In this document: piece by piece, positions 13,297 to 26,451 of the stretch
How positions within the stretch are numbered: the stretch's first letter is position 1
Layout: every line of letters begins with the position of its first letter
Assembly (NCBI GenBank): GCA_028023455.1
Contig: JAQFVV010000005.1
Coordinates: 5,704,001 to 5,768,000 of the forward strand
Source of the DNA: Epiperipatus broadwayi
Taxonomy: Eukaryota > Animalia > Onychophora
Reading direction: 5' to 3'
DNA length: 64,000 nt
Made by a program: the position numbers and the translations under genes
The notes under the pieces: generated by a model
What the model saw: the letters and a program-made list of their open reading frames with translations, nothing else
Databases searched by the model: none
Told to the model about the DNA's origin: nothing

Positions 13297-14099
13297 TTAA
13301 TAATTGTGTAATATTATTTATTTTATTTATTGTTATCAGCTTCATTATCTGTGTGCAAAGCACTTATTTCATATAATATTTGACAACTACATTTCTATCA
13401 AATCATTAATTATATTTGAGTTGTGTATTCTTTTATATAACGGGCTTAGCTAAATCCACTGTGGTAACACTTTGGTATAGCTTTTAGGGTCTGGTATTCC
13501 CATATCGATATCAAAATAGTGAAATCCATACTGCCAGCAAAACACCTTGTATTATTCTTATTGGAGTGAACTAAGGAGTTATGTCTCCTTTTTTTTTTTT
13601 TAGTTTTATCTTTATTTTATGGCTCTGATAAATTTGTGATATCTTTGCCCATCTACAAGTGTAAATTTGAAATCATTACACTGGAATTAATCGAATATAG
13701 TACTTTAATAAAGGTATAATTAATATAGTAAAATCTTGGCACATCACCCTGTTAAGATAAGTACGTTTCTTAAATGACCATAAACAATAATAAACTCGTT
13801 AAATTCCGTAGCTAAAGAAAACCATCCATACAAGAAATTATTTATGTCAAATTTACTTATGATTTTCCTATGTTTTATTTTCTTTATTTGATAATTAATA
13901 AATGCATTATGTTATTTTAAACTTGCCTGGCATTTAGTGTCTGCTATCTGTCGAATCAATTGCTTATTGGTTGAGAGTTTGTTAATTATGTTGAGTTAGC
14001 CCAACAATTATTTATTAGCAGATTAAAATCATTAAGTCACCTACTGCTAACATATATGTTGACCTTCAAATAAATTTTCCGGGCAGCATGGAGGTCTGG

Positions 14100-14275
14100 T
14101 GGCATCTGTGAGTTCTAGAAAGTCACAAGCTAAAAACTAGTCTGGGGATATTGGATGTGTAGGCACTAGATAGGAATTTTATGCACAAACCTTCCTACAT
14201 CTATTGATTACAAAGGTTTGCACTTGATGGCACTACTGTATGGAGAGTTTACTATTATTATTAACAGCCTCATGT
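14100..14275 (+). mobile_element. Family D HHR-element remnant, core lost
   Basis: ...CACAAGCTAAAAACTAGTCTGGGGATATTGGATG... colinear with 42030-42170. Confidence 0.65.
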
Positions 14276-14479
14276 AAACATATAAAATGGTGTCCGTGTG
14301 ATGTTTTGTTGGTTTTATCATAAGATTTTTTGAGCAATTAACCATCTACTAAATTGACAAGTTGAATTTGATTAATTATAATTTATTTTGAAATAGTTGA
14401 CCTATATTATGCATTTCTTATGTAATTTAAATATTTAGTATTAATTACTAATAGTAATAATCAATTTTTATATTTATAT

Positions 14480-16430
14480 AACTCTCATTATTAGCAGTAT
14501 TAGAGCGTAAAGGCTTGGTAGTTTAAGGAATTGGAAAACAGCATTGGTGGTAAAGGAGTTGCCAAGATTTAAGATTGATACATATATTTTGGTTAAAACT
14601 CTATTTACAGAGAAAAAAAGTTTAATAGAGCAGATAAATGGCTACAATATTATTTTTTTGGAAAGGTAGATCAATCAGTGGAACAAGAATGGATAGTTTG
14701 GGGTTTTCAATAAAGTCTGACTTAGTATCATTTATTCTTGGAATTCATCAATGTAACATAAAAAGATCAATTTTTATTCTTGGACATTGTAATGTATAAA
14801 TAGTAAATTTTGGCCAAGTTGTTGAAATAATGATATTGATATTGTAGATTCAAATTGTCTGCTGTTATTGAAATTTTGTACAACACATGGATTAACTATC
14901 ACAAAGATTTTGTGTTTAGACAGACAAATCACTATAAAGGGATATGGATACATCCACACTAAAAAAAAATTATTTAATAGATTACATTATAAGTCATAAT
15001 TCATGAGAAATTCATGTTACATCAGCATTTACTAGTGCAGATTATTGAATGGTTCACAGACTAATATGCTTCAATGTTAAAATGATAATAACATTCTCAA
15101 ACTAATAACCATTCAAGTTAAAGTTGCTGAGGACTTTCCTCCTACACAATTGGTTGATAAAGAACTTGAGTTTGTTAAATATTAATTATCAAATAAAGTC
15201 TTTATATAGTGATTTAAAACATTGAGTATATTCTGTAATTCATCTTTTGAACAAGCAGAAATAGCACAATCATCAGTATATTGCACATCCATGATCCAAG
15301 AAGATTATTTTCTTAATTTATTTTTCATTTGATTAAAATTAAAAAATCCACTATCAAACTTGTATTACATCTTACCTCATTTCTTAAGCTATATACAAAC
15401 AATTTCAAAAACCATTACAAAAAAACATGGTTCCTGCAAATACACATCCTTTTTAACACCAGTTTTTATTTCAATTTTTTCAGATTTTCTACCTGTAGTT
15501 ATAATACTTCCTTTTATTTCATCATATAGAAACTGTATAATATAAATAAATTTTGTTGGCAATCAATTAATTTCAAAGAATGCCCCAAACCTGTTTGATT
15601 AACTAAATCAAATTCTTTGATCAAATAATAAAAATAATATATAAATCGCTTTTTTATTCACGACATTTTTTTGTATTTGCCTAGCAATAAAAAACATGTT
15701 TATAGTGCTTTTTGATTCTCTAAAATATTGAGTCGTTGATAACAATTTATCTATACTGGAATCAAACTATTCAACAAAATCCTTGAAAAAATCTTTGCTG
15801 CAATGGATAATAATGTATCCCATGACAATTATTGCAATCTTATCTTTTTCCTTTATTTTCAAAAATTGTAGCCCAATTTTATGAGTCCATACATTTCTAA
15901 AAAATTCAAATATTTTTGAAGCTAATATTTACTACCATATTTTAAAACTTTTCCAATAATTTCCTCAGGATCTGCAGCTTTTCCATTATTAAGATTACGA
16001 AGATCTGTTTTTAGTTTTACTAAGCTGGACATCTTTATAAAAATCTAAATGATTAGATAAAATATATACATTATGAAGTAATCATGCCAATTATTGCATT
16101 CTTATTCAAAAGTTGATCAAAATATTTTTTCCAACTGTTCAAAATGTCATGGTCATTATATAAGCCAATGTGATTGCTGGATTTTAGAGGACTATGATCA
16201 TGATCAGCTGTTTCTTCTCTAGAGTTTTAATCCACCAATCACTTTTAAGCCTTCTGATTAGTTATTGAACTTTTTTCTTCAGATATTTATATTTATTATG
16301 AAGTTCCAATGCAATCTATTGTTCTGCCAAGCAGAAAATGCCTCATGCTTCCTTTTATTCAGCTCATAATGATAAGATCCTTACCAGAAAATCAGCCACG
16401 ATTATTCTTTTTAATAAACCCAAGGATAGA
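14480..16430 (-). mobile_element. Decayed RTE-clade LINE (RT region)
   Basis: Minus translation: LNNGKAADPEEI, SIAAKIFSRILLN, FIARQIQKKCRE, IKTGVK(Q)GCV; many stops and frameshifts. Confidence 0.7.
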
Positions 16431-16544
16431 TTAATTTGTATATATACCTCCTTGAATTTAACATATGTAATAAATACTCCTAAAGATCAAACATAACATT
16501 TTTCTTGCAATATAAGTGGAATAAAGTCTTTAAAAAAATAAACT

Positions 16545-16990
16545 AAAAAATAGTCATATATCACATGACTCCACTTCTTTTTTTAAACTTGTAAAATATA
16601 AACAAAGAGCTTAGCTAATTATTCAACAAGCTAATAAACATCACATGATCACCATGGTTTTGTTGAATATCTTTCAGCCCCATACATGAGTTAAATAGCT
16701 GGGCTTGAAGACATTTAAGTGTCGTAAAATTTCAGATTTTCTACTCAATGGTTAATTCTTAGATAAAGGCTGACTTTGGGTTAATATTTTTAGATCTAAA
16801 GTCTGAAACTATCCTAGCACCTCACTGATGAGTGCCAAAATCCGAAACCATTGGTCTTGGGTTTGGGTGTGGTTTCTGATAGATATTTTAAATGCTTTCT
16901 CTTGCTAAGCATTTATCACAAAGCTTGTTCAGCAATTAGTAAAGCTCTTTGTTTATACTTTACAAACTTAAAAAAAGAAATAGTGACTTC
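16545..16990 (+). mobile_element. Family-A-related HHR element with inverted 3'-end copy at its 5' side
   Basis: ~16570-16635 inverted to ~16920-16985; body similar to 1050-1200. Confidence 0.6.
16819..16863 (+). ncRNA. Type-I hammerhead motif, core intact
   Basis: CTGATGA G...C GAAAC CATTG GTC; 3-bp stem III; stems I and II partly mismatched. Confidence 0.6.
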
Positions 16991-17866
16991 AATCGTGCTT
17001 TGTTTTTTTCCATAGAATTTATAATTATTGCTGCCTGTTAAATGTTATGTTGTTTTTTTGTGTTTTTTTTAAAAAAAATCGTTTTCTTTAATTCAAAGCA
17101 AAATCTATGTTGTAAAATAAGATTTTACAAATAATGTACAGTATTTTTTTTTTTTACTGAAAGTTGCATTAAATTCACATCATTTCATATATACATACCA
17201 CAGCAATCTTTTCAAACTTTTGATAACGGAATTTATTAGGTTTATGAACTATTGTTGCAATTTCAATGTATATGATAATACAGAATACAGTTTTTTTAAA
17301 ACACAAAACTTTTATTATCTAAATAACTGAAATAAGATAGAGAAAGTTATGGACAGGCAATTAAAACAATATACTTAATATTTAAATATTTAATATTATT
17401 TTAATAATTTAGAAATGATTTTAATTTAAAATCCATATAACAACAAATCACACACCTTTTAACTCACATAAGAGCAGGTGTTGACTCTAGTGCCATCTAT
17501 TGTAAACTTGAATAATCAATGACTACTAAGATATTAGTGTGTTTAAATAACCATTTCCAGAATAGTTTTTGACTTTTCTCTTTCTTAATAAACTTTGGGA
17601 TTCAAGTCAGTTCAAATAATACAATTATACATCTAGCAATCATCTTTAACTTGATTCTATTTATTATGCAAAAATCCTGAAATTCAAAACATCCTATGGT
17701 TTTGGATCCAAACTAAATAGGTAACTTTATATTTCAGTACTCACTTCTTTATTAACTATAAGCATGTTTTCTCCTGGCTAAAAATGTTCAGAATAACAAC
17801 TAATCACTCACTTCTCCAATTCATTTGATATATGATAACAGTTTGTACTTCTAACATCATCTATAT

Positions 17867-18825
17867 CAGGAGTGGGGAACCTTTTTTTGCCAATGGCTAT
17901 TTGAATATTTATAAGGCATTCATGGGTCATATGAAATTATTGTTTTAATAATTTGTCTGCTATATTGGTTATCCCTAATCTGATGGCTGAAACAGTTCTT
18001 TGGTGAGACATGTGATGTTAGCTGGTACTAATGATATTGCTACTCATAACTGTTTTTCTGATTTGTGTTACTTAATCTGAAGTGCAGTTGACTCTTAGTG
18101 GTGCTAATTTTTGAAAAAAACTGCTCACAGAAATGTTTTTCCAAACATAGATGCAAATTTCAATGCGTGTTTCCTCAATATATGAAATTCATCATTACTT
18201 AGGTAACATTTACAGAACTCAAGTAGTATCATCAACAATGAGATTTGTTTTATAAGTCACTATTTGTAGAATGTTGTACCACATAAGATTTATTAAAAAA
18301 TATCCAATGTTTATCATCACAGATAAGATTATTTTGCTTTATAGGCATTCTTTCAGGATGTTAGATAATTTAAGTGTTAATAGCTATCTGATGTGTGTAG
18401 CTAGTGATAAGATTATTTGGCCTTATCTTGGTAGTCATTAGTGAAGAGATTATTTTTGCTTTGCAGTTTCCATTTATAAAATATCACACCACTTAAAATT
18501 TAATAATTATCCAATGCATATCACTAGAGATGATGTTACATAATTTAAGTTTTAATAGCTATTCAGTGTATATGGCCAGCAACAAGATTGTTATTCGTTG
18601 ATCACTGTTCTAATCCTGCATTCTGAATTTGGAGCTATTCCACATTTGTATCATTGACATTTAATATATTTTCTATGTCCTGCATCATTTAATATAAATT
18701 TTTGTTGATGTAAAAAAAGCTATTAGATTTATTGCATTTCAAGTTCTACCTGCAGTTGCTTTGGCATGCTGATCAAAATGACTTTGTGAACTATATAAGG
18801 CCCAAAGATCAGACACCCCCCCCTA
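17867..18825 (-). mobile_element. Old hAT deletion derivative (GTF2IRD2/SPIN-like transposase tail)
   Basis: Left end CAGGAGTGGGGAACC is Charlie-type; minus translation LRKHALKFASMFGKTF/CEQFFSK is the hAT dimerisation region; right TIR decayed, no clear TSD. Confidence 0.6.
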
Positions 18826-20048
18826 TCCTTAATTTATGGTAACCTTGAATAATCAGTAACTTCCAGATGTTACTACATTTAAATCTTCATCATCAGGTTT
18901 GTTTCTGACTTTTGCCTTTAGCAATCATCTTTAACCCCATTTTACTATTTAAGAAGACAAAAACTTGGAAATTCAAAATACTATATGAGCTAATGTAAAA
19001 AAATTGCTGTTAGTATTACCATACTTGTGGGTGTGTGTGGGTGTGTGTGTGGAGGGGGGAGGTACCTATTGTTGTGATTTATAATTAGATCTAGACAGAT
19101 TTGCTTCAGGTCAAACTTTAGGTTTTTTTAAAAAAATTAGAATTTTTTAGCTTGAATAACTGGATATATAACTAACTTATTTCTGGTTTTGAATCTTAAG
19201 CCTCATTGATTAAAAGCAAAAGCCAGAAACCAGTCTGAGAGTGAAGCTTTAAATGGCACCAACAGCTGATAATTTTGATTACTCAAGTTTATTATAGATG
19301 TCACTAGAATAGAGAGCTGCTCTTGTTTCAACATTTTAAAATCCAATCAATTTAATTTACATAATCACATAATTGCAACTATTTTAGACCTGTTATTTAA
19401 AGCAGCAACTACACAAAGTAATTCGAATTTTTTTTTTTTTTAAAAAAAGTCAATAAAGGTTTTACTAAAAACATTGCTTAAAAAAATTATTTGCTTTATT
19501 GATCCTCACTTTTGATTAAAATGTGAAATAGCAGAAATGATATATCGATCTGTAAACAAACTTGGCTGTGTTATATATATATATCATATTACAGTTAAAC
19601 TTATTGTTTTTTATATATTAAAATGCCATTACCCCTATATATACATATGCTTGAGTTTATTTGTGCTACTTAGATTCAGTGCCAATGTAAATATGCATTG
19701 ATGTTATAATTAACCCAATGTTCTCTTTATTCTATCCCAGAACCATCTATTGTAATCTGGAGAAATAAGTGGATACTAAATAATAATTCTATTATACCCA
19801 TATTTTCATATTAGTTTGTGATTTATAGCCTTCATCATTAGTATATAAGTAACAACTATCATATACTACGAGATCATTATTTTTATTAACTTTTGTCTCT
19901 AAATTATAAAACTGACATAAGTTAACTATTAGATGCATAAATACATTAACTCTAGCTTTGAATTCTAAATTCTCTTAGATGAAGACCAAAGCTAGATCTA
20001 GATTGATGTTCCATTAATTACTCAGGCTTATACTAGATGGCTCTAGAG

Positions 20049-22509
20049 CAGAGATCTCCAAACTTTTTTTTGATCAGTATCCCTAAGATGAAAATAATTA
20101 TAAGTTGTACCCTATAATATAATATAATATAATATATATGTGTGTGTAATCAAAAATCAAATTATTAATTATTTATTTATTTTAAAATACAAGCATTTAA
20201 ACTAAATTACAAATATACATTTTGAATTAAAATTTAATGTGAGCAATGTGATTGTATTTGTTTAGTAATATCGGAAAAATCTGGTTTGATGTCCTCTGTT
20301 AATGTAATTCAAAGACCTGGTTCTAACTCTAATTTATTTCCGCATTTGGTTTTAATTGTTGCCATTGAAGAAAATGCTATTCTACACAGGTATATAGAAC
20401 CAAATGGTAAGATTGCATTTGTTGCTGTGCTTACTAAATCTGGATATTTGTTTTTAATTCCATCCACCAATTATGAAGAGATTTTTTTAAAATTCGGATT
20501 ATAACGTTGTTCTTTCTCTCATGACAATTAATCGTTCTTGAGTTGTAATTAAAAGATAATCTATTTTTACATTTTTAGCAGTGGATTCATGACCCATTGA
20601 ATCTCTTTTTCAATACTAGGATGATCTGTAAATTGGTTACAAAATTATTTCACATTTACTTCATTTTCAGAAGCAAAATCACACAATGATGAAAACATTT
20701 CTAAAGATCCCTTTTCTAAATTCTCTCTTCACATTATGATTTTCTTTCTAAATGTAGTTTAAGTCATTGCTAAAATGTTACCTTTTTTTTAAAGAGACAA
20801 ATTGAGCATGTTTACTTTTTCAAAAAGATCAGCTAAGTAACATACTACCAGAAGCCACTTATTGTCACTGAAAAAGCAGGCAGACTTTGATCTCTTATCT
20901 TTATCTAAAAGAAAAATGTGTAAAATTCATCTTTCAGTTCAACAACTCTTTTTAGCACTTTCCCTCAAGATAACTAACAAACTTCTGTATGGTACAGAAG
21001 ATTTTTGTGGTTACTCCCCATTTTTTTTGCATATTATTGAAATATTCGATTATTCAAGGGTCTTGTTTTTACAAAATTAACTATGCTGATAACATCCTGC
21101 AACACACAATATATTTTTGGCTCCAATTTCTTTACTGCAATAGCTTGCCAATGGATAATGCAGTGTACGAATTTCATGTGGGGTGCTATTTCAATCACCT
21201 TTGCCTTTAATTCTTTTTTTTTCTTCCAGTTAAAAAAGATGCTCCATCACTGGAAAACACACAATTTTCCCATAAAATGTTATTTGTAACAAAGAAATTA
21301 ATTACTGTTGAAAAGATGTCTTCCTCTGTACATCTTTTTTTAAGTGGTTTGCAAAAAAGTAGTTCTTCATGCCATTAATTATTAAAAAATATTTAATAAA
21401 TACCATTAGCTGGGTAAAGTTGGTGCCATCTCTGCTTTTATCCACTTGTATAGCAAATTTTCCACATTGAGTAATTTGTTTTAATAATTATTTCTTTAAA
21501 TTATCTGCAATAATTTCTATATGCCTAGAAATGGTATTTGCTGACAAGGGAATAGATTTTAGTTTCTCAGCATATTCTTCCTCATAAATTATTTGCACCA
21601 TTTTTATTGCAGCAGGAAGGATAATTGTTTTGCCAATGGTATGTGGCTTTTTATCATTTGCTATTCTAAACATTTATCATTAAGTGTATAAATTTTTTTA
21701 AATTACTAGCTTGAGTATTGCATGATTTTAAACTTTGTTCAAAAAATTGCAATGGTTTGTGTTCAGGATGTTTAGTTTTTAAATGTCTTATTAACATTGA
21801 TGGCTTCATATAAGCATTAGATAGCATCTCATAACATAATACACATATAGGACAGAATTTATTGCTGATTACATTTGATGTAAACCCAAATTTTGAGTAG
21901 TCTGCTTGATAATTTCGAACTTTCTGGTACAATTTTTATGTACACACCATATCGTTAATATTTTTATCTCTTAGCATGATTGCTAATGAACTTGAATAAT
22001 TATCAGTATCAACACTATTACTTTCTTGTTGTACATCAAAAGTAGAAGCATTGTCAGAATAATCTTCAACCCACAGTTTCCTTGCAGGCAATTTTTTTAA
22101 CCATTTATCCATTTTATGAGGAATGTAAAATCAATAGAATTTAAGAGTCTACTAATCATAGTTATTATAATGCACACTGCTATCTGTATAAGTTCTATAC
22201 AGTTCATAAAATTCTTTTGATGATATACATGACTTACTAGGCACTTTCACAAAGATGCCTGAGTGGACAGGATTTGAACAGTTTTTCCAGATATTCAATT
22301 CATTTGCCTACCAGAAATCAATTCTGAATCCTACTAAAAAACTGCTAAATTTAAATTCTTAATTTTCCACTAAAAAGCTAATAAAAATGCATTTCCCCAC
22401 TAAATAAAATAATGATTACATTTTGAAATAAGACATTTCACAGTATATTGTTGTACCCCCAAGTATCACTTTGTGTACACCATGGGATACCCCACATTGG
22501 AGACCATTG
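20049..22509 (-). mobile_element. hAT (Buster/Charlie-type) DNA transposon, full length, decayed
   Basis: TIRs CAGAGATCTCCAAAC / CAATGGTCTCCAATG; perfect 8-bp TSD CTCTAGAG (20041-20048, 22510-22517) matching the Charlie NTCTAGAN preference. Confidence 0.92.
20234..22112 (-). pseudogene. hAT transposase (ZBED5/SCAND3/Buster-like), frameshifted
   Basis: BED finger CPICVLCYEMLSN..MKPSMLIRHLKTKH; KKPHTIGKTIILPAA..IPLSANTISR; C-terminal KYPDL..AILPFGSIYLC..AFS. Confidence 0.88.
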
Positions 22510-23526
22510 CTCTAGAGTCAAAAGAAATACTCTTGGACACACATAAATAAGCTATGCAAATCTTACTGATGTTGACATTAGCATATGCATTTTTATGAAT
22601 ACAAACAATTAACATTATAATATAAATAAATATTTAAAGTTAGATGGTTTTTTATGGTGTATCTTGATGAGTTTATGGTAGATTAATAAGCATCCACTAT
22701 GGTAGAGATGTGAATCAAACTAATTGGGCTTTCTTCAGATAGTTTATGAAAATTAATGAAAATGCGATGAACAATATACATAACAAATAGTCTTACCAAC
22801 TGATCTCTTACCATAATTTATTATTTTCATCAAGTACCCTAGAGAAAAGATTAAAACTGCTAAGAAGTAGCTATAATAATTTAAAAAATGACTTTGCATA
22901 ATGAATCTCCATGTTTAGAGGGCTTGAAGGTACCTGTAATCAGCAACAATTTATTTTATTTATATATAAAACAAAAAGTGATATTATGTTCATGCATTGC
23001 CTCAAACATTATCACTTTTTGTTTTTTATATAAATAAAATAAACCATTGCAGAGCACAAGCTCCTTCAAGATCATTGTCTATGGAGATACACAAAAAAAG
23101 CAGGCAATGCTCATCAGACTTTTCAATTTCTGAATGTTTTACCAAGATTTGGCAAGTCTGTTTTTATAGCTTTATTTTATATATCTAGCTAAGAATAATT
23201 AGTTGCTTGTATAAACTATCATTTAAAAAGAAAATGTTTTCAGAAGAGTTCAAAAGAACAAATAAAATGGAGTAAAATATGAACTAAGTACACTAGATCT
23301 ATTCCCTTTTAATCATCATGTGAATCATGATAGAACCCGCCTAGTAAGAAAAAAAAGAAATCAGATGTGAAAACATAACTACATTCAGTCTATTAATTGC
23401 ACACTGGAACAAAATTACTGTAAGTTATATCATACCATGAAATTATTTTTAAATTAGTTGCTCATTTGTTGATTATTGTTGGATAATCTCTGGTTTAAAT
23501 ATAAGTCAATTGCAAAAAAAGTTGGA

Positions 23527-23633
23527 TTTTTTTTTTCATATGTCATAGCATCGGCCGAGAGGTGAACCCACAACTGTCTACAACCAACTACTTGCTTATA
23601 AGGCAGCTGCAATGACCTCTCAGCTAACAACAC
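23527..23633 (-). mobile_element. tRNA-derived SINE (subfamily 2)
   Basis: A-box- and B-box-like segments, ...CGGCCGATGCTATGACATATG then an A tail; 3' part matches 43819-43906. Confidence 0.75.
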
Positions 23634-23699
23634 TTAGATTTGAGATAATTAATCTGGAGTTATCTTAATAAATTTATATAGCAATTATTATTCTTAAAA

Positions 23700-24020
23700 A
23701 ATACTAAACTATATGGAGCTTATGACATGTTCACTATTCTCAACAGCATTTCATACAGGCCATGTATTTGAACCTAGTTCTGCCCAAATAGTTTATACAG
23801 AGAAGAGTGATGCCAAAAGAAAAGTTAAGGAGGCTTTTTACATTGCAAATGATCCCAGTGCCATTAATAGAAGAGAGGCATGCTTTGCTCTCTCTAAACA
23901 ATGGACTAATTAAATATTCAAACTCATTTGCATATATGTACAATAAATAACGACAGTATTCATTCACAAAGCTATGAGTATGAGATTCCAACATTAAATC
24001 TCGAAAGCGCTAAGCAGACC
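23700..24020 (+). mobile_element. PLE 3' fragment (GIY-YIG C-terminus plus HHR)
   Basis: HTGHVFEPSSAQIVYTEKSDAKRKVKEAFYIANDPSAINRREAC. Confidence 0.8.
23971..24015 (+). ncRNA. Variant hammerhead (A3-U8 core), best preserved copy
   Basis: GCT ATGAGTA T GAGATT-(9 nt)-AATCTC GAAA GCGC TA AGC; palindromic AGCGCT stem III, both CpGs intact. Confidence 0.75.
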
Positions 24021-26451
24021 GATTACACATTATTTTAAGTATAATTATAGCTTCACTAACGAATGCGAAAAAAGTCGCATATTTATAATTAAAATATTTA
24101 TATAATTAATAAATGGTATCGTAAATATGTTATAAGATTATGATTTTTATATTATATAAAAGATTGCATATATATATATATGCAGACATTCTAGAATTAC
24201 ATATATTTTATAAATGTTTGTAATTCACTTTTTTCTTTTCCATTTGCAACAATGCATGCATCTACATGATCACTCCTACCAATAATGAATTTCAGCAACA
24301 GTTTTGAAAAAAAAATAGGAATACATTCTGAATAATTGCTATAAGTATAATGAACTTTATATTTTCCTATAACGTATCTTGTAATATCTATAGCTTAAAG
24401 GTATATGTAACATTCTAAAGAGCATTCCAAAAATTTGATGACTATGATAACTACTTCATAATTCTGTTTTGTTTTACTTACCTTTCAATTTTTTTTATTT
24501 CAGTAAAATTATATGATAATTTGTGATTTAAACATTTATCTGCCTGATCCCTAATTTGAAATTAAAATCCAAACAGATTTACTAAATATTATTTTGAGGT
24601 AGCTGAAGATTATAATTATACATGTAAGCTTAAGATATTTAAAAGACAACTAATCTGTACTTAACCCCTTCAGCCAATAAACATCACATGATCACCATTT
24701 CAAATATGTATAGTGAGTTTTGCCTGTTTTAACCCCTTCAGCCATATAATATTCATCAATAAATAGGAATCTGCCTATTTGTGAGGAGGGTGTCGTAACT
24801 TATAAGTGCTAATTCCATAGCTTAACCTTTATTTTCAATATCTCAAGTAAAGTGCTCATACTATTTTGAAAACTGCAAATTCATTTATGCATATATAAAA
24901 TGAAATACTGCATATGCAGTGCATGTACAAGTAATATGTAGATGTATATACTTTAATGAAAAAAATAAATATATACTATATTTGACATTATATGTGACAG
25001 ATTATGTTTTAATATGAAACAGGAGGCATTAACATCATTAATATTAAAAGTATGCTTGGAAGATAATGCAATTATGATCACCAAATTTTTTAGACAGAAT
25101 TAGAGATAAAATTAAACCACATAAATGAACAACATAAAAATAAAATGCCCAAAAACTGTAGACTTTTGGAATGTTCTTTAACAGTTAAACTTACTATGAA
25201 AAGGAGCAAACTGATATTCAAAAAATGATTCTTGGAAACAATTAAGATCAGACAAACAAAATGATGTCCCCAAAGTATAAATATTAAATGTCTGAAGCAA
25301 TACTTGTTCTAATTGAGAATTGTTGGAAAATAATTTTGTACATGACAATATGGAATATCGATACTGCAAATATATGGAGAAATTAATTACGAAGTTAAAC
25401 ATGTTTGCTGGAAATATAAGAACTCTTTTTATATCAAAATTTCCCAAGAATTTGAACAACATGCTAGCAGCAATAAATCATCAGAATTGTACATTGTTAT
25501 ATAATATCTCTCTTATGAATTCAAACTCAAGAAACAAATAATTAAAAATTCTCTAAGAAATATGTGGCAAACCAACTAAAATAGCCATGGAATGAAAAGT
25601 ATATTGTTGTCATATCTACTATGACTCATGTAACTATATATGGAGAGCAATTAAAGAAAATTAACTAGAATCAGATTATTTTCACATAAGAAATATATAA
25701 AGCTATGGGATGTTTAAAGAACATAAAATTTTCTGGTATTCATGGAATAATAACTGAAATTATAAAAAGGGATCTGACAGAAATAAAATTCTCATCAGAG
25801 GCTTTGGAAAACCATTAACATGACCAAGAGAATAATGCCATTCACATTACATTCTATAAAAAAGACAAGCCAACTGAATGTAATAGTTACAAATTAATAG
25901 TCTTAATTGCCTACACAAGTAAAATAATATTCAACCTTATTATTAATCATTTAAGAGAATTTATTTTCACACAAATTTCCAATGAGCAATCAAAATTTAT
26001 GGATAGAAAGCACAGAAAATAGTTAATAAAGGTTTGTTGGATAATCAAAAAAAAATTAGGAAAATAATGTTAAAATATGAAAGTATTATAGTGAATTTAA
26101 AAAAACCTTTTGATAAAATAAAATGAAATAAACTACAAAAATACTCTTGGATTGGGGGATATCTTTGCATGTGGTACAACCCATTTTTCTTAAATAATCT
26201 AGTGAGATGATCATGTATAATGTTATTGATAGCAATAGTATGAACATGAACTTGACTGCTGATACAGAGAAATTAATAAATATGATGAAAAAACAAACTA
26301 TCAAAAAGGCAAACATTCAGCATGAACTTGAAATAAATACTTTAAAAGCAATAATAATTTCTCCAAATTAGAAATGTCTTCAATTTGAAGGTTTAGATAA
26401 ATGTGAATATCTGCAGCCTATCATAATTTTAAGCTTGTGTTTTGTACACAG

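Larger units (their letters stand above)
11877..13364 (+). mobile_element. 5'-truncated Penelope-like element with ~500-bp inverted copy of its 3' end
   Basis: 11877-~12385 is the reverse complement of ~12855-13364; the middle encodes PLE RT thumb/linker. Confidence 0.85.

Noticed and set aside
20286-21289. Short + strand ORFs in the ORF track
   Set aside because: Antisense to the hAT transposase pseudogene.
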